Positions 29,798 to 39,060 are shown, counted from the stretch's first letter. The stretch is 64,000 bases of DNA from an uncultured Candidatus Saccharibacteria bacterium (GCA_964566135.1 CAZMHM010000001.1:133829-197828), one strand, 5' to 3'. Notes: generated from the sequence alone by a model not told the origin. Made by a program: numbers and translations.

Positions 29798-30229
29798 ATG
29801 CGAAAAACTAAACCATACATACTAGTTACCTTACAATTTGGGCTCCTTATTGCGCTAGCTTGGTATGGCAGTATTTTTGGTGGTTGGCTACAAAACACGC
29901 AGCTTGCTATAGCCATAGCACTAGGCATATGGGCAATTGCTAGCATGCATTTTAATGTTAGCGTGCTGCCGGATGTTCGTGACAGGCAAGAGCTGATAGT
30001 AACGGGGCCATACACCTATATTCGGCACCCAATGTATACCGCAGTGCTACTAGCTGGCCAAGCTTGGATGCAAAATAACCTTAGTTTTGTATCGGCAATC
30101 ATGTGGCTTGCGCTGTTAGCGGTATTACTTATAAAGCTAGATTACGAAGAAACTCAGCTACTTGCTAAGTTCAAAACCTATAAAAAGTACAAGCAAAAGA
30201 CCAAACGTCTTATACCCTTTATTTACTAA
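29798..30229 (+). CDS. isoprenylcysteine carboxyl methyltransferase (ICMT)/phospholipid methyltransferase-family membrane protein
   Basis: 4 TM helices. Motif TGPYTYIRHPMY. Confidence 0.7.
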   Translation: MRKTKPYILVTLQFGLLIALAWYGSIFGGWLQNTQLAIAIALGIWAIASMHFNVSVLPDVRDRQELIVTGPYTYIRHPMYTAVLLAGQAWMQNNLSFVSAIMWLALLAVLLIKLDYEETQLLAKFKTYKKYKQKTKRLIPFIY

Positions 30230-30267
30230 TATTTAGTTCTATATAAACCAAAATTGGGCAGCAAATA

Positions 30268-30320
30268 GCCTCTGGTCTCACGCAGGGGCCATTTGCCTAA
30301 CACTGCGTGAGCCCAGAGGC
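30268..30320 (-). terminator. 18-bp GC hairpin (1 mismatch) 3' of the islet B gene
   Basis: GCCTCTGGTCTCACGCAG - 17-nt loop - CTGCGTGAGCCCAGAGGC. Confidence 0.5.
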
Positions 30321-30335
30321 TTCACGTTCGGATCT

Positions 30336-30698
30336 TCATCGGGTCGGCAGCATGCGCCACCAGTGGTACGGACCGTTGTAGTCCATGTTGCAGACATCCA
30401 CCTTCATGAACGTGTCGTTCTTGCGGGTGGGGATGGCCGGGACGAACTTGTCGCCGATGCAGTCGGTGTTGCCGTTGCCGGTGTGGTGCTTGCCGGTGTC
30501 GTCGACGAGTGCAGCGTGGATTCCCACCTCGCCACAGGCGCAGTCGACACAGCGCAGGTACGTGTGCTCGAGCACCTTGCCGTAGCAACGCCACAGCTTG
30601 ACGCCGGTCTTGCCACAGTTCCCGCAGACGTAGCTGCTGGGGACGGTGTTCTGGGTGTAGTCGACCGGCTCAGCCGGGTTAACTACCTTGGCCACCAT
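30336..30698 (-). CDS. GC-rich islet B: Cys-rich (zinc-ribbon-like) hypothetical protein, 120 aa
   Basis: GGAG lies 8 nt upstream of the ATG. Codon position 3 is almost always G/C. CGNCG...C..C.C motifs. The other three overlapping ORFs lack an RBS. Confidence 0.65.
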   Translation of the reverse strand: MVAKVVNPAEPVDYTQNTVPSSYVCGNCGKTGVKLWRCYGKVLEHTYLRCVDCACGEVGIHAALVDDTGKHHTGNGNTDCIGDKFVPAIPTRKNDTFMKVDVCNMDYNGPYHWWRMLPTR

Positions 30699-30741
30699 GT
30701 TGGTTTCTCCATCCCTTGAGATCAGATACGAACGATTGCCA

Positions 30742-30770
30742 ATTTAACCACAAAATAATTACACAGTCAA
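30742..30770 (-). promoter_or_regulatory. sigma70-like promoter for the islet B gene
   Basis: Minus strand TTGACT-N17-TTAAAT. Confidence 0.45.
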
Positions 30771-30820
30771 TACATATACAGGGTATTTTCAATTTAAAGA
30801 TAATATTGTATAATATACGA

Positions 30821-32455
30821 ATGAGTTTTGACGCACGGGTCAGCGATACCAGCGGTACCGCTGAATTTGTAGACACGCTAGAAGTTTTTAGCGGCGAAGA
30901 ACAAGTAGAGCAGTTTTTAGAATCAAACGCTGCTTTGTTTGCCGCGGTTAACACTACATGGCGCGAGGCGTTTGCGACCCACATTGCCTATACCGATTCT
31001 ACGACAGAGGCAGGCGAGGCAATGGTTCAAACCGCAAACCGTAGCCAACGCCGTGCTGCAAGTAAAAATGTGCAGTCACTAACCGACCTCATGCAGTACA
31101 GCACCCGTGATGTAGCGGCAAAAATTGCCCAGTATTATGTGCCACTTACTGGCGAAGAAGCACCCCAACCTGGCCAAGTTCCAGATACAGCATCCATTAC
31201 AGAATTTGCAACCCAAGCCCTAACAGCACGCGGCACGACAAATAGTAGAATTGAGTTCCATCTTTCAGACGTGTTTGATACAGACTCGCGCGAGAAAGCA
31301 GAGGCAAGCTTTGATGCCATGCTTAACGCAACTGCGCCAGGCTATGTAGTTGCCGAGGTATATAGCCAACTTGCACTGCGACGTATTGCAGAATTAGTTG
31401 CCGACCCAGAAGTAAACAACGCCTTTGTTAACCGTTTGGCAAGCATTATCGATAACAGCGATATCAGCCCCGAATACCCAGGCCTGCTAGAGCTACTTGC
31501 AACCGATTTGCAAAAGAACAACGGCGAAAGTATTGTTGGTAAATCACTTAACGGCCTACGCTTAGACGAACAAGCCGTAACACGTGAATTTGTAGAACGC
31601 ATTATTACCGATACCGAATCACGCGGGGCAGTGGCGCAATCAAAAGAGGTTGTAGCTGCCTATGGTGTACTAAAGTCCGTAGCAAAGGTTCTGGGCGTAA
31701 CCGCCATGACTCAAGAAGAATTTATCGATGCCTACGCCCAAGCGATTGCCGACTGGCCAAAAGAGCTCTTGACCGCACGCGAGCAACTACTAAACTACAA
31801 CCGCACAGCCGTAACAACCGGCATAAAAGATGGCTTACGCCCGTACGTTCGTTCGCGCCGCATTTTAACCGATTACAATATTCGTAACGCAGCAAATAAG
31901 GGCGGACGCCACGTAATTGCCAGCAAAAAATCGAGCCGGCTTGTTAAGCACGATGTACCGCAGGCAAAGCCAGGTATAGAAACCGCGGAGTCCGACAAGC
32001 CACCGGTGAAGATAGAAAACTTTGCAGTGCTAAAAGGCATTGGTACTAAAAGTAACGCTTTTAGGCTAGAGACTGTTGATTCGATAGACGACATGCTAAC
32101 ATTACCGGTTATTACAGATTATCTAAAGCGCTACCAGCACGAATCAACCCTGGCAGATGCCATTAAAGCCTCACTACAAAAGCTGTGCGTAGAACCATAC
32201 GATAATTTAGGCTCAAAACTCATTGTATCGTTTAACTTTACGCTCGATAGCGATGGTATTGGCATTAAAAAAAGACGCCAAATGCGGCGCTTTAGGCCCG
32301 AAACAATTCCAGAAGTACACGGTGAAATTGCACGCCAAACTCGTATTGCATACAGCATCGTCACTATTGGTGGCAAGCCAACGTTGGCGCTGTATCAAAT
32401 AGAAAACAAGCAAGCACTTGCTGGATCTAACAATAGCAATCCGTTTAAGCGCTAA
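30821..32455 (+). CDS. hypothetical protein (544 aa), possibly leaderless mRNA
   Basis: Start moved to MSFDARV (ATG 30821). TATAAT at 30809-30814 ends 6 nt before the ATG. Confidence 0.55.
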   Translation: MSFDARVSDTSGTAEFVDTLEVFSGEEQVEQFLESNAALFAAVNTTWREAFATHIAYTDSTTEAGEAMVQTANRSQRRAASKNVQSLTDLMQYSTRDVAAKIAQYYVPLTGEEAPQPGQVPDTASITEFATQALTARGTTNSRIEFHLSDVFDTDSREKAEASFDAMLNATAPGYVVAEVYSQLALRRIAELVADPEVNNAFVNRLASIIDNSDISPEYPGLLELLATDLQKNNGESIVGKSLNGLRLDEQAVTREFVERIITDTESRGAVAQSKEVVAAYGVLKSVAKVLGVTAMTQEEFIDAYAQAIADWPKELLTAREQLLNYNRTAVTTGIKDGLRPYVRSRRILTDYNIRNAANKGGRHVIASKKSSRLVKHDVPQAKPGIETAESDKPPVKIENFAVLKGIGTKSNAFRLETVDSIDDMLTLPVITDYLKRYQHESTLADAIKASLQKLCVEPYDNLGSKLIVSFNFTLDSDGIGIKKRRQMRRFRPETIPEVHGEIARQTRIAYSIVTIGGKPTLALYQIENKQALAGSNNSNPFKR

Positions 32456-32457
32456 CG

Positions 32458-32919
32458 CTATTTAGCGAGTTTTTGCTTTAGCCAGTATAAGTACCCAAAG
32501 TAGGCAACTACTGGTATAAAGCTAACGCCCATTCGTACGGCTTCACTTATCATCCAGCTGTCATTATCGCTATAAACATTGGTCGCAAACGGCACAAACA
32601 TTGTTGCTTGTTGCACGATTACATTAAGCAAAATAGCTACAAAGGCAATTAAGATAGTCCAAAATGTTTTATCTAGTTTGCTGTAGTTTTTTGGTACCAA
32701 AAAATAGCTAGCCAGCACGCATAGCAGCGGCGCAACTAATGTTGCTAACAGATAAAAACTAGCACCACCAAAACCACCGTCATTATAGCGGAGCTGTGCA
32801 ATTGTGCCGTACGCGCTAAAACCAAGCGTGATAGCAAAAAACACTATAGTGGCAATTACAAAATGAAGTTTAACGTGCGATTGAATATCTTTGGTAACCT
32901 TAGTGGGCTTCTTTTTCAT
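32458..32919 (-). CDS. hypothetical membrane protein (4-5 TM)
   Basis: 153-aa hydrophobic ORF. Confidence 0.55.
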   Translation of the reverse strand: MKKKPTKVTKDIQSHVKLHFVIATIVFFAITLGFSAYGTIAQLRYNDGGFGGASFYLLATLVAPLLCVLASYFLVPKNYSKLDKTFWTILIAFVAILLNVIVQQATMFVPFATNVYSDNDSWMISEAVRMGVSFIPVVAYFGYLYWLKQKLAK

Positions 32920-32963
32920 ATATCAACATAATACACCCAATATCGTATCGTGCTAGTGGTAAC

Positions 32964-33008
32964 AAAATAAAAAAAGGCGGGGGAGCGGGCTGCATCCGCA
33001 GCCCGCCC
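32964..33008 (-). terminator. GC hairpin plus T-run terminator of the islet C gene
   Basis: Minus strand GGGCGGGCTGC-GGAT-GCAGCCCGCTCCC, then CCGCC TTTTTTTATTTT. Confidence 0.65.
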
Positions 33009-33028
33009 ACACTCGATATCGGCTGCTT

Positions 33029-33283
33029 TTACGGCTGAGCCGGCACAGCAGCGAGTGCCTTGAACTGCAGAAGCGAGTAGTCGATCCAACCAGGGTCGAA
33101 CCCGTACTCACTCTTGATGCAGTTCCTGAACGCCATTGCGACGTTCTTCTGGTAGTTCTCCTCGCCGGCCCTTGCTCGGGCGAACGAGTTGTCGTTGATG
33201 CGCATGCGCCCGATCGTCAGACGACGAGAACGCATGGACACTTCGTACACGGTACTGGCACCTCTCGGCAACCAAACCACCAC
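33029..33283 (-). CDS. GC-rich islet C: hypothetical protein (up to 84 aa; start uncertain)
   Basis: GC3-rich frame ending 20 nt before the terminator hairpin. An alternative internal start exists at MRSRRLTIG. Confidence 0.5.
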   Translation of the reverse strand: MVVWLPRGASTVYEVSMRSRRLTIGRMRINDNSFARARAGEENYQKNVAMAFRNCIKSEYGFDPGWIDYSLLQFKALAAVPAQP

Positions 33284-33418
33284 CTTACTGTAAAGTGCCC
33301 AACAATCTGCTGAGACAACAATACAGTATAATATTTAGTACTTTTTTGCAATTATAACTTGCCGAAACTAATTAACTATGTTAAATAAGTTGTAGTCCTC
33401 TAGTGTCAGGAGAATGTC

Positions 33419-33745
33419 ATGGCCCAGCGTAGCACTGGAAGCTACCACGCAGGGTTCTTGCGTGGTAAGGGCACGATGCTGTTCGACGACGAAGTGCTGC
33501 TCGAACTGCAGCACCCACGCCAGATGCACGTACGCCGTGCAGCAACCACCAGCAACGGGATCAGCGGGTGCATGCTGACCTGCGAGCTCGGCTCGGCGAC
33601 GGCGATTCCGTTCTTTGTACCGGACGCCGACGAGGTGCGCTACAAGGCGCTCAATCTTGCGCACTACATCGAAGGCCTGCAAGACGGCATCATGCGGCGT
33701 GCAACCGAGCTGAAGAGCAAGCGCATTCGTCAACTCGGCGCCTAA
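33419..33745 (+). CDS. GC-rich islet D: hypothetical protein, 108 aa
   Basis: CAGGAG lies 8 nt upstream of the ATG. GC3-rich. A terminator follows. The opposite-strand ORF 33368-33748 has neither an RBS nor a terminator. Confidence 0.6.
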   Translation: MAQRSTGSYHAGFLRGKGTMLFDDEVLLELQHPRQMHVRRAATTSNGISGCMLTCELGSATAIPFFVPDADEVRYKALNLAHYIEGLQDGIMRRATELKSKRIRQLGA

Positions 33746-33764
33746 CATTCCAACACTGAGGACT

Positions 33765-33802
33765 CCCGGGCGGCTATCGCTGCCCGGGTTTCTTCATTTT
33801 TT
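33765..33802 (+). terminator. rho-independent terminator of the islet D gene
   Basis: CCCGGGCGGC-tatc-GCTGCCCGGG (one G-U pair) followed by TTTCTTCATTTTTT. Confidence 0.7.
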
Positions 33803-33906
33803 GCATACGCTACCTAAATACTAATTACTAATAATACTTGGGTAGAGCCCCGTCTGGGCGGACCGCTGGATGCGATCTGCCCGAGACGGGAAGCCCTGGG
33901 GTGGTA

Positions 33907-34332
33907 CTACGCGGCGACGTTGCCGGCGATGCAGCTCCGGATGGTTCCGGGCACTGCGTCTTCGGTGAAGTCGACGTGCTCGATGAACGTGTGCTGTGCC
34001 TCGCGGTACGGCTTCTTCCAGCGCCGGATGACGTGGCGCCCCACCTTCGACTTCTTGAAGTAGTCGGGGTTGTTGGGATTGCGAACCACGACGATGGCGA
34101 TGAACGTCCAGTCGGTGACGACCAGGAAGCGCTCGCCTTCGACGCTGTCCTGCGCCGGATCGAGGCTCTTGATGCCGTCGGTCTCGACGTAGATCGTGTC
34201 GCACGTGTTATCGCCGGGGCTGGGCCAGCACTCGACGACGTAGAAGGGCGCTGCCGACTTGTGCAGGGTTACGTCCTCGTTGCTGACGTTGATGCGCTTG
34301 GCCATGTAACGCTCGAGCTTGTGTCGTTTCAT
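33907..34332 (-). CDS. GC-rich islet E: hypothetical protein, 141 aa
   Basis: GGGGGG lies upstream of the ATG. GC3-rich. An imperfect GC hairpin follows the stop, within 33852-33893. Confidence 0.6.
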   Translation of the reverse strand: MKRHKLERYMAKRINVSNEDVTLHKSAAPFYVVECWPSPGDNTCDTIYVETDGIKSLDPAQDSVEGERFLVVTDWTFIAIVVVRNPNNPDYFKKSKVGRHVIRRWKKPYREAQHTFIEHVDFTEDAVPGTIRSCIAGNVAA

Positions 34333-34376
34333 TGTCCCCCCAGGGGTAGTGCCTGCAGGGTAGCAGACGAAATTTC

Positions 34377-34405
34377 ACTATACAACGTCGTAAAGACAAG
34401 TACAA
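34377..34405 (-). promoter_or_regulatory. sigma70-like promoter for the islet E gene
   Basis: Minus strand TTGTAC-N17-TATAGT. Confidence 0.45.
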
Positions 34406-34480
34406 GCATGAGCACCATAGACATTCCAATATTATAATAATTATGGTAAAATATATTTTTTATAAACCGCACCACCAATA

Positions 34481-35815
34481 ATGAACAGACTACGTACTAA
34501 ACTTGGAGTTACCAGCGCAACCATCGCATTAGGTGGTAGCTTGGCATTATCTGGTTGCAGCAGCGAAGCCGTATCTGACCTAGCGCATTCTATTGCTGCC
34601 CAGATGCCAGAAGCAAGCCCAACGCCAGAAGAACCACAAAACTTTTGCCCACCTACGTCAGAAGATAACGACCAAATTGCCAAGCTAATGGCAGAACAAT
34701 GCGCGCAAGCAATCCATCGTGGTCATGTTGCGCTTGTTGGCTATGGCATCAGCATGCCAGTGCTTACGAGGCTCGCAAATGATACCGAACGCCTGATGGA
34801 AGATGTTACCGAAGGCGAATCGCACATTGATGTCGTGCCAGTGCAGGCAACAATAAACCAAACTATTAGTTTTGACGAGGTAACTGGCAAATGCGTAGAT
34901 GTTGATGAAGTAACAGATGCACCTGGCTATGTGGCGAACGTAGTTGACGAAACCCTAAACGAATACGATTTCGTGATTGGTGCAACTACTAAGCCCGCCT
35001 GCAAAGGCGACGGCGATATCACAGATATTAGTGGTACATATACCGGCCAGGCAGGTGGCAGATTTATAACCATTTTAGGAGCCGACACTACCTTTCCGCT
35101 CCATAACAAAACCATAACTGACCCTGACGGGACAATTCACACACAAGTACACCAGCATGATGCTGGCGTGGCTGTACACGAACTATTGCACGGATATGGC
35201 CTAGGCCATGTCAACGAAGCAAGTGGCGATTCGCTGGATGATGTTGCATCGAAACAAGACTACACGCCGCCGTATAACGTCAATCTGCAAAAACTTTTAA
35301 AGCAAAATAATTTAGTTGAGTATGGCGATTCGTTAAACATTATGGGTGGTAGCAACCCAGATATGTCAGACCCAGATAGTCTAGAAACAACACCACTTAA
35401 CACAACACAACTAGCATGGCTTGGCGAATCTGACGTTATTCTTGGTAATAAGCAAAGTAAGTTTGTCGCTCTAAGCGAAACGCCAACGGCAGTGCAGAGT
35501 CAGACTGCATATACCCTAGAACTCGCTAAACCAGTTACAGCGCCCAACTTTAAGCAGGGTAAGGGCACATATTTAACAAGCGGCGGGGCTAATGCGGTAT
35601 ATAGCAAAATAATCATAGAAGACCCAGCCAAAAATAATGATAGTCCGGGTTCGATATTGACCGTATATCTAGCATCAGACGATTCACACGATTTAGTAAA
35701 CTTAGGCACAATTTTTGGTGGCGAAAAAGCTGTATGGAACATAGCCTACGGCACACAAAAGATAACTATACGCATTACTGATACCGGTGCGACACTAGCA
35801 GCGACTACTGTTTAG
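34481..35815 (+). CDS. lipoprotein zinc metalloprotease (metzincin-type HExxHxxGxxH)
   Basis: Lipobox LALSGC. Zinc motif HELLHGYGLGH. Confidence 0.75.
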   Translation: MNRLRTKLGVTSATIALGGSLALSGCSSEAVSDLAHSIAAQMPEASPTPEEPQNFCPPTSEDNDQIAKLMAEQCAQAIHRGHVALVGYGISMPVLTRLANDTERLMEDVTEGESHIDVVPVQATINQTISFDEVTGKCVDVDEVTDAPGYVANVVDETLNEYDFVIGATTKPACKGDGDITDISGTYTGQAGGRFITILGADTTFPLHNKTITDPDGTIHTQVHQHDAGVAVHELLHGYGLGHVNEASGDSLDDVASKQDYTPPYNVNLQKLLKQNNLVEYGDSLNIMGGSNPDMSDPDSLETTPLNTTQLAWLGESDVILGNKQSKFVALSETPTAVQSQTAYTLELAKPVTAPNFKQGKGTYLTSGGANAVYSKIIIEDPAKNNDSPGSILTVYLASDDSHDLVNLGTIFGGEKAVWNIAYGTQKITIRITDTGATLAATTV

Positions 35816-36470
35816 ATTTTTTGCCCAAAAATGTGTTGGCAATATATGCCGTTACTACACCAAATAAACCAACACCAACAGTGAGTGTTATTACGCCTAC
35901 AATACGACCCCAACTGGTCACCGGATATTTATCTCCATAACCTACAGTGGTAATCGATACATATACCCACCACAAAGCATCACCAGCGGTTTTAATATTA
36001 GCGTTAGCGGCATTTTGTTCGGCAATAATTACGCCAATAGAACCAAATTCTAATACCACAAGTATTAAAAAGAATACACCGTACAGTGCAGCATCGGGAA
36101 TTTTAGCCAGTAGCGCACGCAAAACTCGCCTATAGCCTTGTTTGCGCATTACTCTAAAAAATCGAATGATTCGAAATACCCTAAAGATGTTAAAGATAGA
36201 TAGCGGTACCGATGCCAGTAGATCGCTCCAACCATACTTTTTAAAAAAGTACTGGGCTTTGTTTTCGGCACGTATAAAACTCCGTGTAAAGTCTATAAAA
36301 AATATGCCGGCAATCATTATGTCGACAATAGTAATAACATTTTTAACCTGACCATTGCCCAGCCACAACAGCAAACATAAATTAATGTAGGCAAGTAACG
36401 ATACGCCCAGCATGAATAACTCATACGAGGTATTTTCGCTAAAGCCCGCGTCGTGCATTTCGGAATTCAT
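35805..36470 (-). CDS. potassium channel (voltage-gated-like ion transport protein)
   Basis: Selectivity filter TTVGYGD. S4-like RVFRIIRFFRVMR. 6 TM. Confidence 0.85.
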   Translation of the reverse strand: MNSEMHDAGFSENTSYELFMLGVSLLAYINLCLLLWLGNGQVKNVITIVDIMIAGIFFIDFTRSFIRAENKAQYFFKKYGWSDLLASVPLSIFNIFRVFRIIRFFRVMRKQGYRRVLRALLAKIPDAALYGVFFLILVVLEFGSIGVIIAEQNAANANIKTAGDALWWVYVSITTVGYGDKYPVTSWGRIVGVITLTVGVGLFGVVTAYIANTFLGKKSKQ

Positions 36471-36535
36471 AATTACCCTGATTTTACCACAGAGACCCGT
36501 CTCAAGAACAAAACAGATAAGAGTATACTAAAAAG

Positions 36536-37003
36536 ATGCAAAAAATCACGACATTTTTATGGTTCGATAAAGACGCAAGCAAAATTGCAGAATATTACAC
36601 ACGTATCTTTAAAGATTCAAGGATAAAAGATACAAATGTAATGAGCGATACACCATCCGGAACGGTAGAAATTGTTACTATCGAGCTATTTGGGCGTGAT
36701 TTTACACTTATGAGTGCGGGGCCAATGTTCAAATTTACCGAGGCAGTATCGTTTGTCGTAGATTGCGAAGACCAAGCAGAGGTTGATTACTATTGGGATG
36801 CGCTGACAGCAGATGGCGGCGAGCCCGGTAATTGCGGATGGCTAAAAGACAAGTATGGGCTTAGCTGGCAAATTGTTCCGCGCCAATTAGGCGAACTGTT
36901 AGCAAACCCAGACCGTGAAGCAGCAGGGCGTGCACAACAAGCAATGCTTGCAATGCACAAGATTATTGTTGCCGACTTACAAAAAGCGGCCGACAACAAA
37001 TAA
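36536..37003 (+). CDS. VOC/glyoxalase-superfamily protein (PhnB-like, 3-demethylubiquinone-9 3-methyltransferase domain)
   Basis: KITTFLWFD....A..YY..IF, then CGWLKDKYGLSWQIVP, typical of this family. Confidence 0.7.
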   Translation: MQKITTFLWFDKDASKIAEYYTRIFKDSRIKDTNVMSDTPSGTVEIVTIELFGRDFTLMSAGPMFKFTEAVSFVVDCEDQAEVDYYWDALTADGGEPGNCGWLKDKYGLSWQIVPRQLGELLANPDREAAGRAQQAMLAMHKIIVADLQKAADNK

Positions 37004-37423
37004 TTAATCTAAAACGACGTCTTCTTCTTGATCTTTTGGTGTTAAAATTTTGTCTACGAGTTTATCGATGTCGTCATCGGTTAAGTTTGCTTTAACCGCG
37101 TAACCTTCGATTCCGTAATCGCGTAAACCGGCTGGTGCGTCTTCTTCGTTTAAGTTAGAAATAATAAATACGCGAATTTCTTTGCCCCAATCGCTTGAGC
37201 GCATGCGGGCTAAGATTTGGTCACCAGCAATCTTTGGTACCATAAGGTCCATAAGCACTAGATCTGGCTTGAGCCGTTCGATTGTTTCGAGTGCTTGCTC
37301 ACCATCATAGGCACTGTGCACTTCGTAGCCAATCATTTCAAGACGTGTTTTGTAAATATCGTTTAGGGCGTAATTGTCTTCGACAACGACAATTACCTGA
37401 GGAGCTATATTGAAATCTTCCAT
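37004..37423 (-). CDS. stand-alone response-regulator receiver (CheY-like) protein, possibly leaderless
   Basis: VVVVEDN...DLVLMDLMVP...K receiver signature with no output domain. TATAGT at 37435-37430 ends 6 nt before ATG 37423. Confidence 0.8.
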   Translation of the reverse strand: MEDFNIAPQVIVVVEDNYALNDIYKTRLEMIGYEVHSAYDGEQALETIERLKPDLVLMDLMVPKIAGDQILARMRSSDWGKEIRVFIISNLNEEDAPAGLRDYGIEGYAVKANLTDDDIDKLVDKILTPKDQEEDVVLD

Positions 37424-37462
37424 ACTTTTACTATAGCGCACTTATGGTTCATAATTATACAT

Positions 37463-37771
37463 ATGGCAGATTTTTACAAAAAGACTCCTCACGTTGGCAT
37501 TGTACAAGCATGCTTACGGTTTATTGATGACCCAAATCGGCCTTGGTGGCAACGGTTATTTTTGGTTTTTACGCCACTGTTTATCGTGTGGATTATATCG
37601 CCGCTGGATATTGTTCCAGAGGTGTTTTTAGGGCCGTTAGGCCTTGCTGATGACACTATACTAATTGTTACCTTATTTTTGATAGTACGGTTTGCCTACA
37701 GCTTTTACAGCAATAAAAAATACGTACGCCCAACCAAAGATAAAAATGGCAACGATATTATCGATTTGTAG
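37463..37771 (+). CDS. DUF1232 (YkvA-like) membrane protein
   Basis: Motif SPLDIVPEVFLGPLGLADD. Confidence 0.65.
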   Translation: MADFYKKTPHVGIVQACLRFIDDPNRPWWQRLFLVFTPLFIVWIISPLDIVPEVFLGPLGLADDTILIVTLFLIVRFAYSFYSNKKYVRPTKDKNGNDIIDL

Positions 37772-37829
37772 CACCCGGCAGGGTAGAGGCATTGCTATTT
37801 AGCACTATTTATTGTATTATTTGCTTCTT

Positions 37830-38384
37830 ATGAGTTCGAGTCCAGAATCCCAATCCGACATACTACCACTACCAGAACGGCGCGGTGGCACGGTGCTCGA
37901 AATATTACGTCACGCTTCGCAAAAACATCTAGACGTACAATTTGCCACAGGCGAGGGCTACGATTTGGCCAAAGGCGCAGTAGTGCCTGAGGTTGAGCGT
38001 CAGGCTCGCAAACAAGCAATGCGAGAACATGATGCGCAAAGGCTTGTTGGCGCAGGCCTTGTACTAGAAGTTACGGACGAAGACGGCCAAACGTCAGCCG
38101 CTGGTGTTCTAACCGAGGTTGATACGCTTATGGGTGTACTTGTGCTGACAGATGAATCAGGCGAAGAACACCCCGTACAATACGCAGAAGTGGTGACATA
38201 TCCAGACCCAGTGCTCATTCCAAAATATATCGCCCCAGAACACCGCTCTCATGACGACGAAGGTAACCAAATAGACGTAGAATGGATTCCTGATGGTGGC
38301 GCTATTGACCCAACTTTTGTAACCAAAGTTAGTATTCGAGTTTTACATTGCCCAGAGACTAACACCTGGCTTTTTAGGCCCTAA
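37830..38384 (+). CDS. hypothetical acidic protein
   Basis: Start moved to ATG 37830 (the track start is TTG). 184 aa. Confidence 0.5.
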   Translation: MSSSPESQSDILPLPERRGGTVLEILRHASQKHLDVQFATGEGYDLAKGAVVPEVERQARKQAMREHDAQRLVGAGLVLEVTDEDGQTSAAGVLTEVDTLMGVLVLTDESGEEHPVQYAEVVTYPDPVLIPKYIAPEHRSHDDEGNQIDVEWIPDGGAIDPTFVTKVSIRVLHCPETNTWLFRP

Positions 38385-38389
38385 GGTAC

Positions 38390-38611
38390 ATGCTCGTACA
38401 CGTGACCACAAAATTAAAGCAGCCCGTTAGCGAGCTGCTTTTTGCTGATGGCCAAATAATTGCCCGTGTAACCAGCGCGCCCGAAAACAACAAAGCTAAT
38501 ACCGAAATTATCACGTTACTTGCCAAGCATTATGGCGTGCACAAAACCAGCATCGTGCTTATACGCGGCGCTAAATCAAAGCAAAAAACGTTCGAACTTA
38601 CAACCAAATAA
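38390..38611 (+). CDS. DUF167 (YggU/UPF0235) family protein
   Basis: APENNKANTEIITLLAKHYGVHKTSIVLIRGAKSKQKTFEL matches the A.P..G.AN..l...La......k..v.i..G..sr.K family pattern. Confidence 0.65.
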   Translation: MLVHVTTKLKQPVSELLFADGQIIARVTSAPENNKANTEIITLLAKHYGVHKTSIVLIRGAKSKQKTFELTTK

Positions 38612-38635
38612 CACCTTAGAGACACATCAGTAGTA

Positions 38636-38664
38636 TTGCAAATTACTATAATTTATGGTATAGT
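38636..38664 (+). promoter_or_regulatory. sigma70-like promoter for the islet F gene
   Basis: TTGCAA-N17-TATAGT in AT-rich DNA about 30 nt before the GC-rich ORF. Confidence 0.5.
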
Positions 38665-38693
38665 ATTTATCGTCCAAACTCCTACCTAGGGAA

Positions 38694-39050
38694 GTGATTG
38701 ATTTGCATCGATTGAAGGACATCCGTGAGGCCCATGGTCTCACTGTCGCAGATCTGGCGGAACTGTCGGGCATCGCGCCCAGCACCATCTTCCGGATCGA
38801 AAGCGACGACAACTGGTACAAGGTGAACGAGGTCACAGCAGAGGCACTGGCGAGCGCGCTTTACAAGAGCGTGCTGGACATCTTCAACAGCCGTGAACTC
38901 AGCCACCTTGGGCGACCGCCACACACAGGGAGGCCATGTCATGAAGCCGAGAGATTCAGCAACCGGACGACCTGTCCGTCATGCCACCTCGAAGTTCTCA
39001 AGGCAGCCACCTGCAACGAGTGCGACGCGCCGCTCACCATGTCGGCCTAG
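38694..39050 (+). CDS. GC-rich islet F: XRE-family HTH regulator with C-terminal Cys4 zinc-ribbon-like tail
   Basis: HTH LTVADLAELSGIAPSTIFRIE. C-terminus CPSCH...CNEC. GC3-rich. GTG or TTG start. Confidence 0.7.
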   Translation: MIDLHRLKDIREAHGLTVADLAELSGIAPSTIFRIESDDNWYKVNEVTAEALASALYKSVLDIFNSRELSHLGRPPHTGRPCHEAERFSNRTTCPSCHLEVLKAATCNECDAPLTMSA

Positions 39051-39060
39051 CCGATACCCG

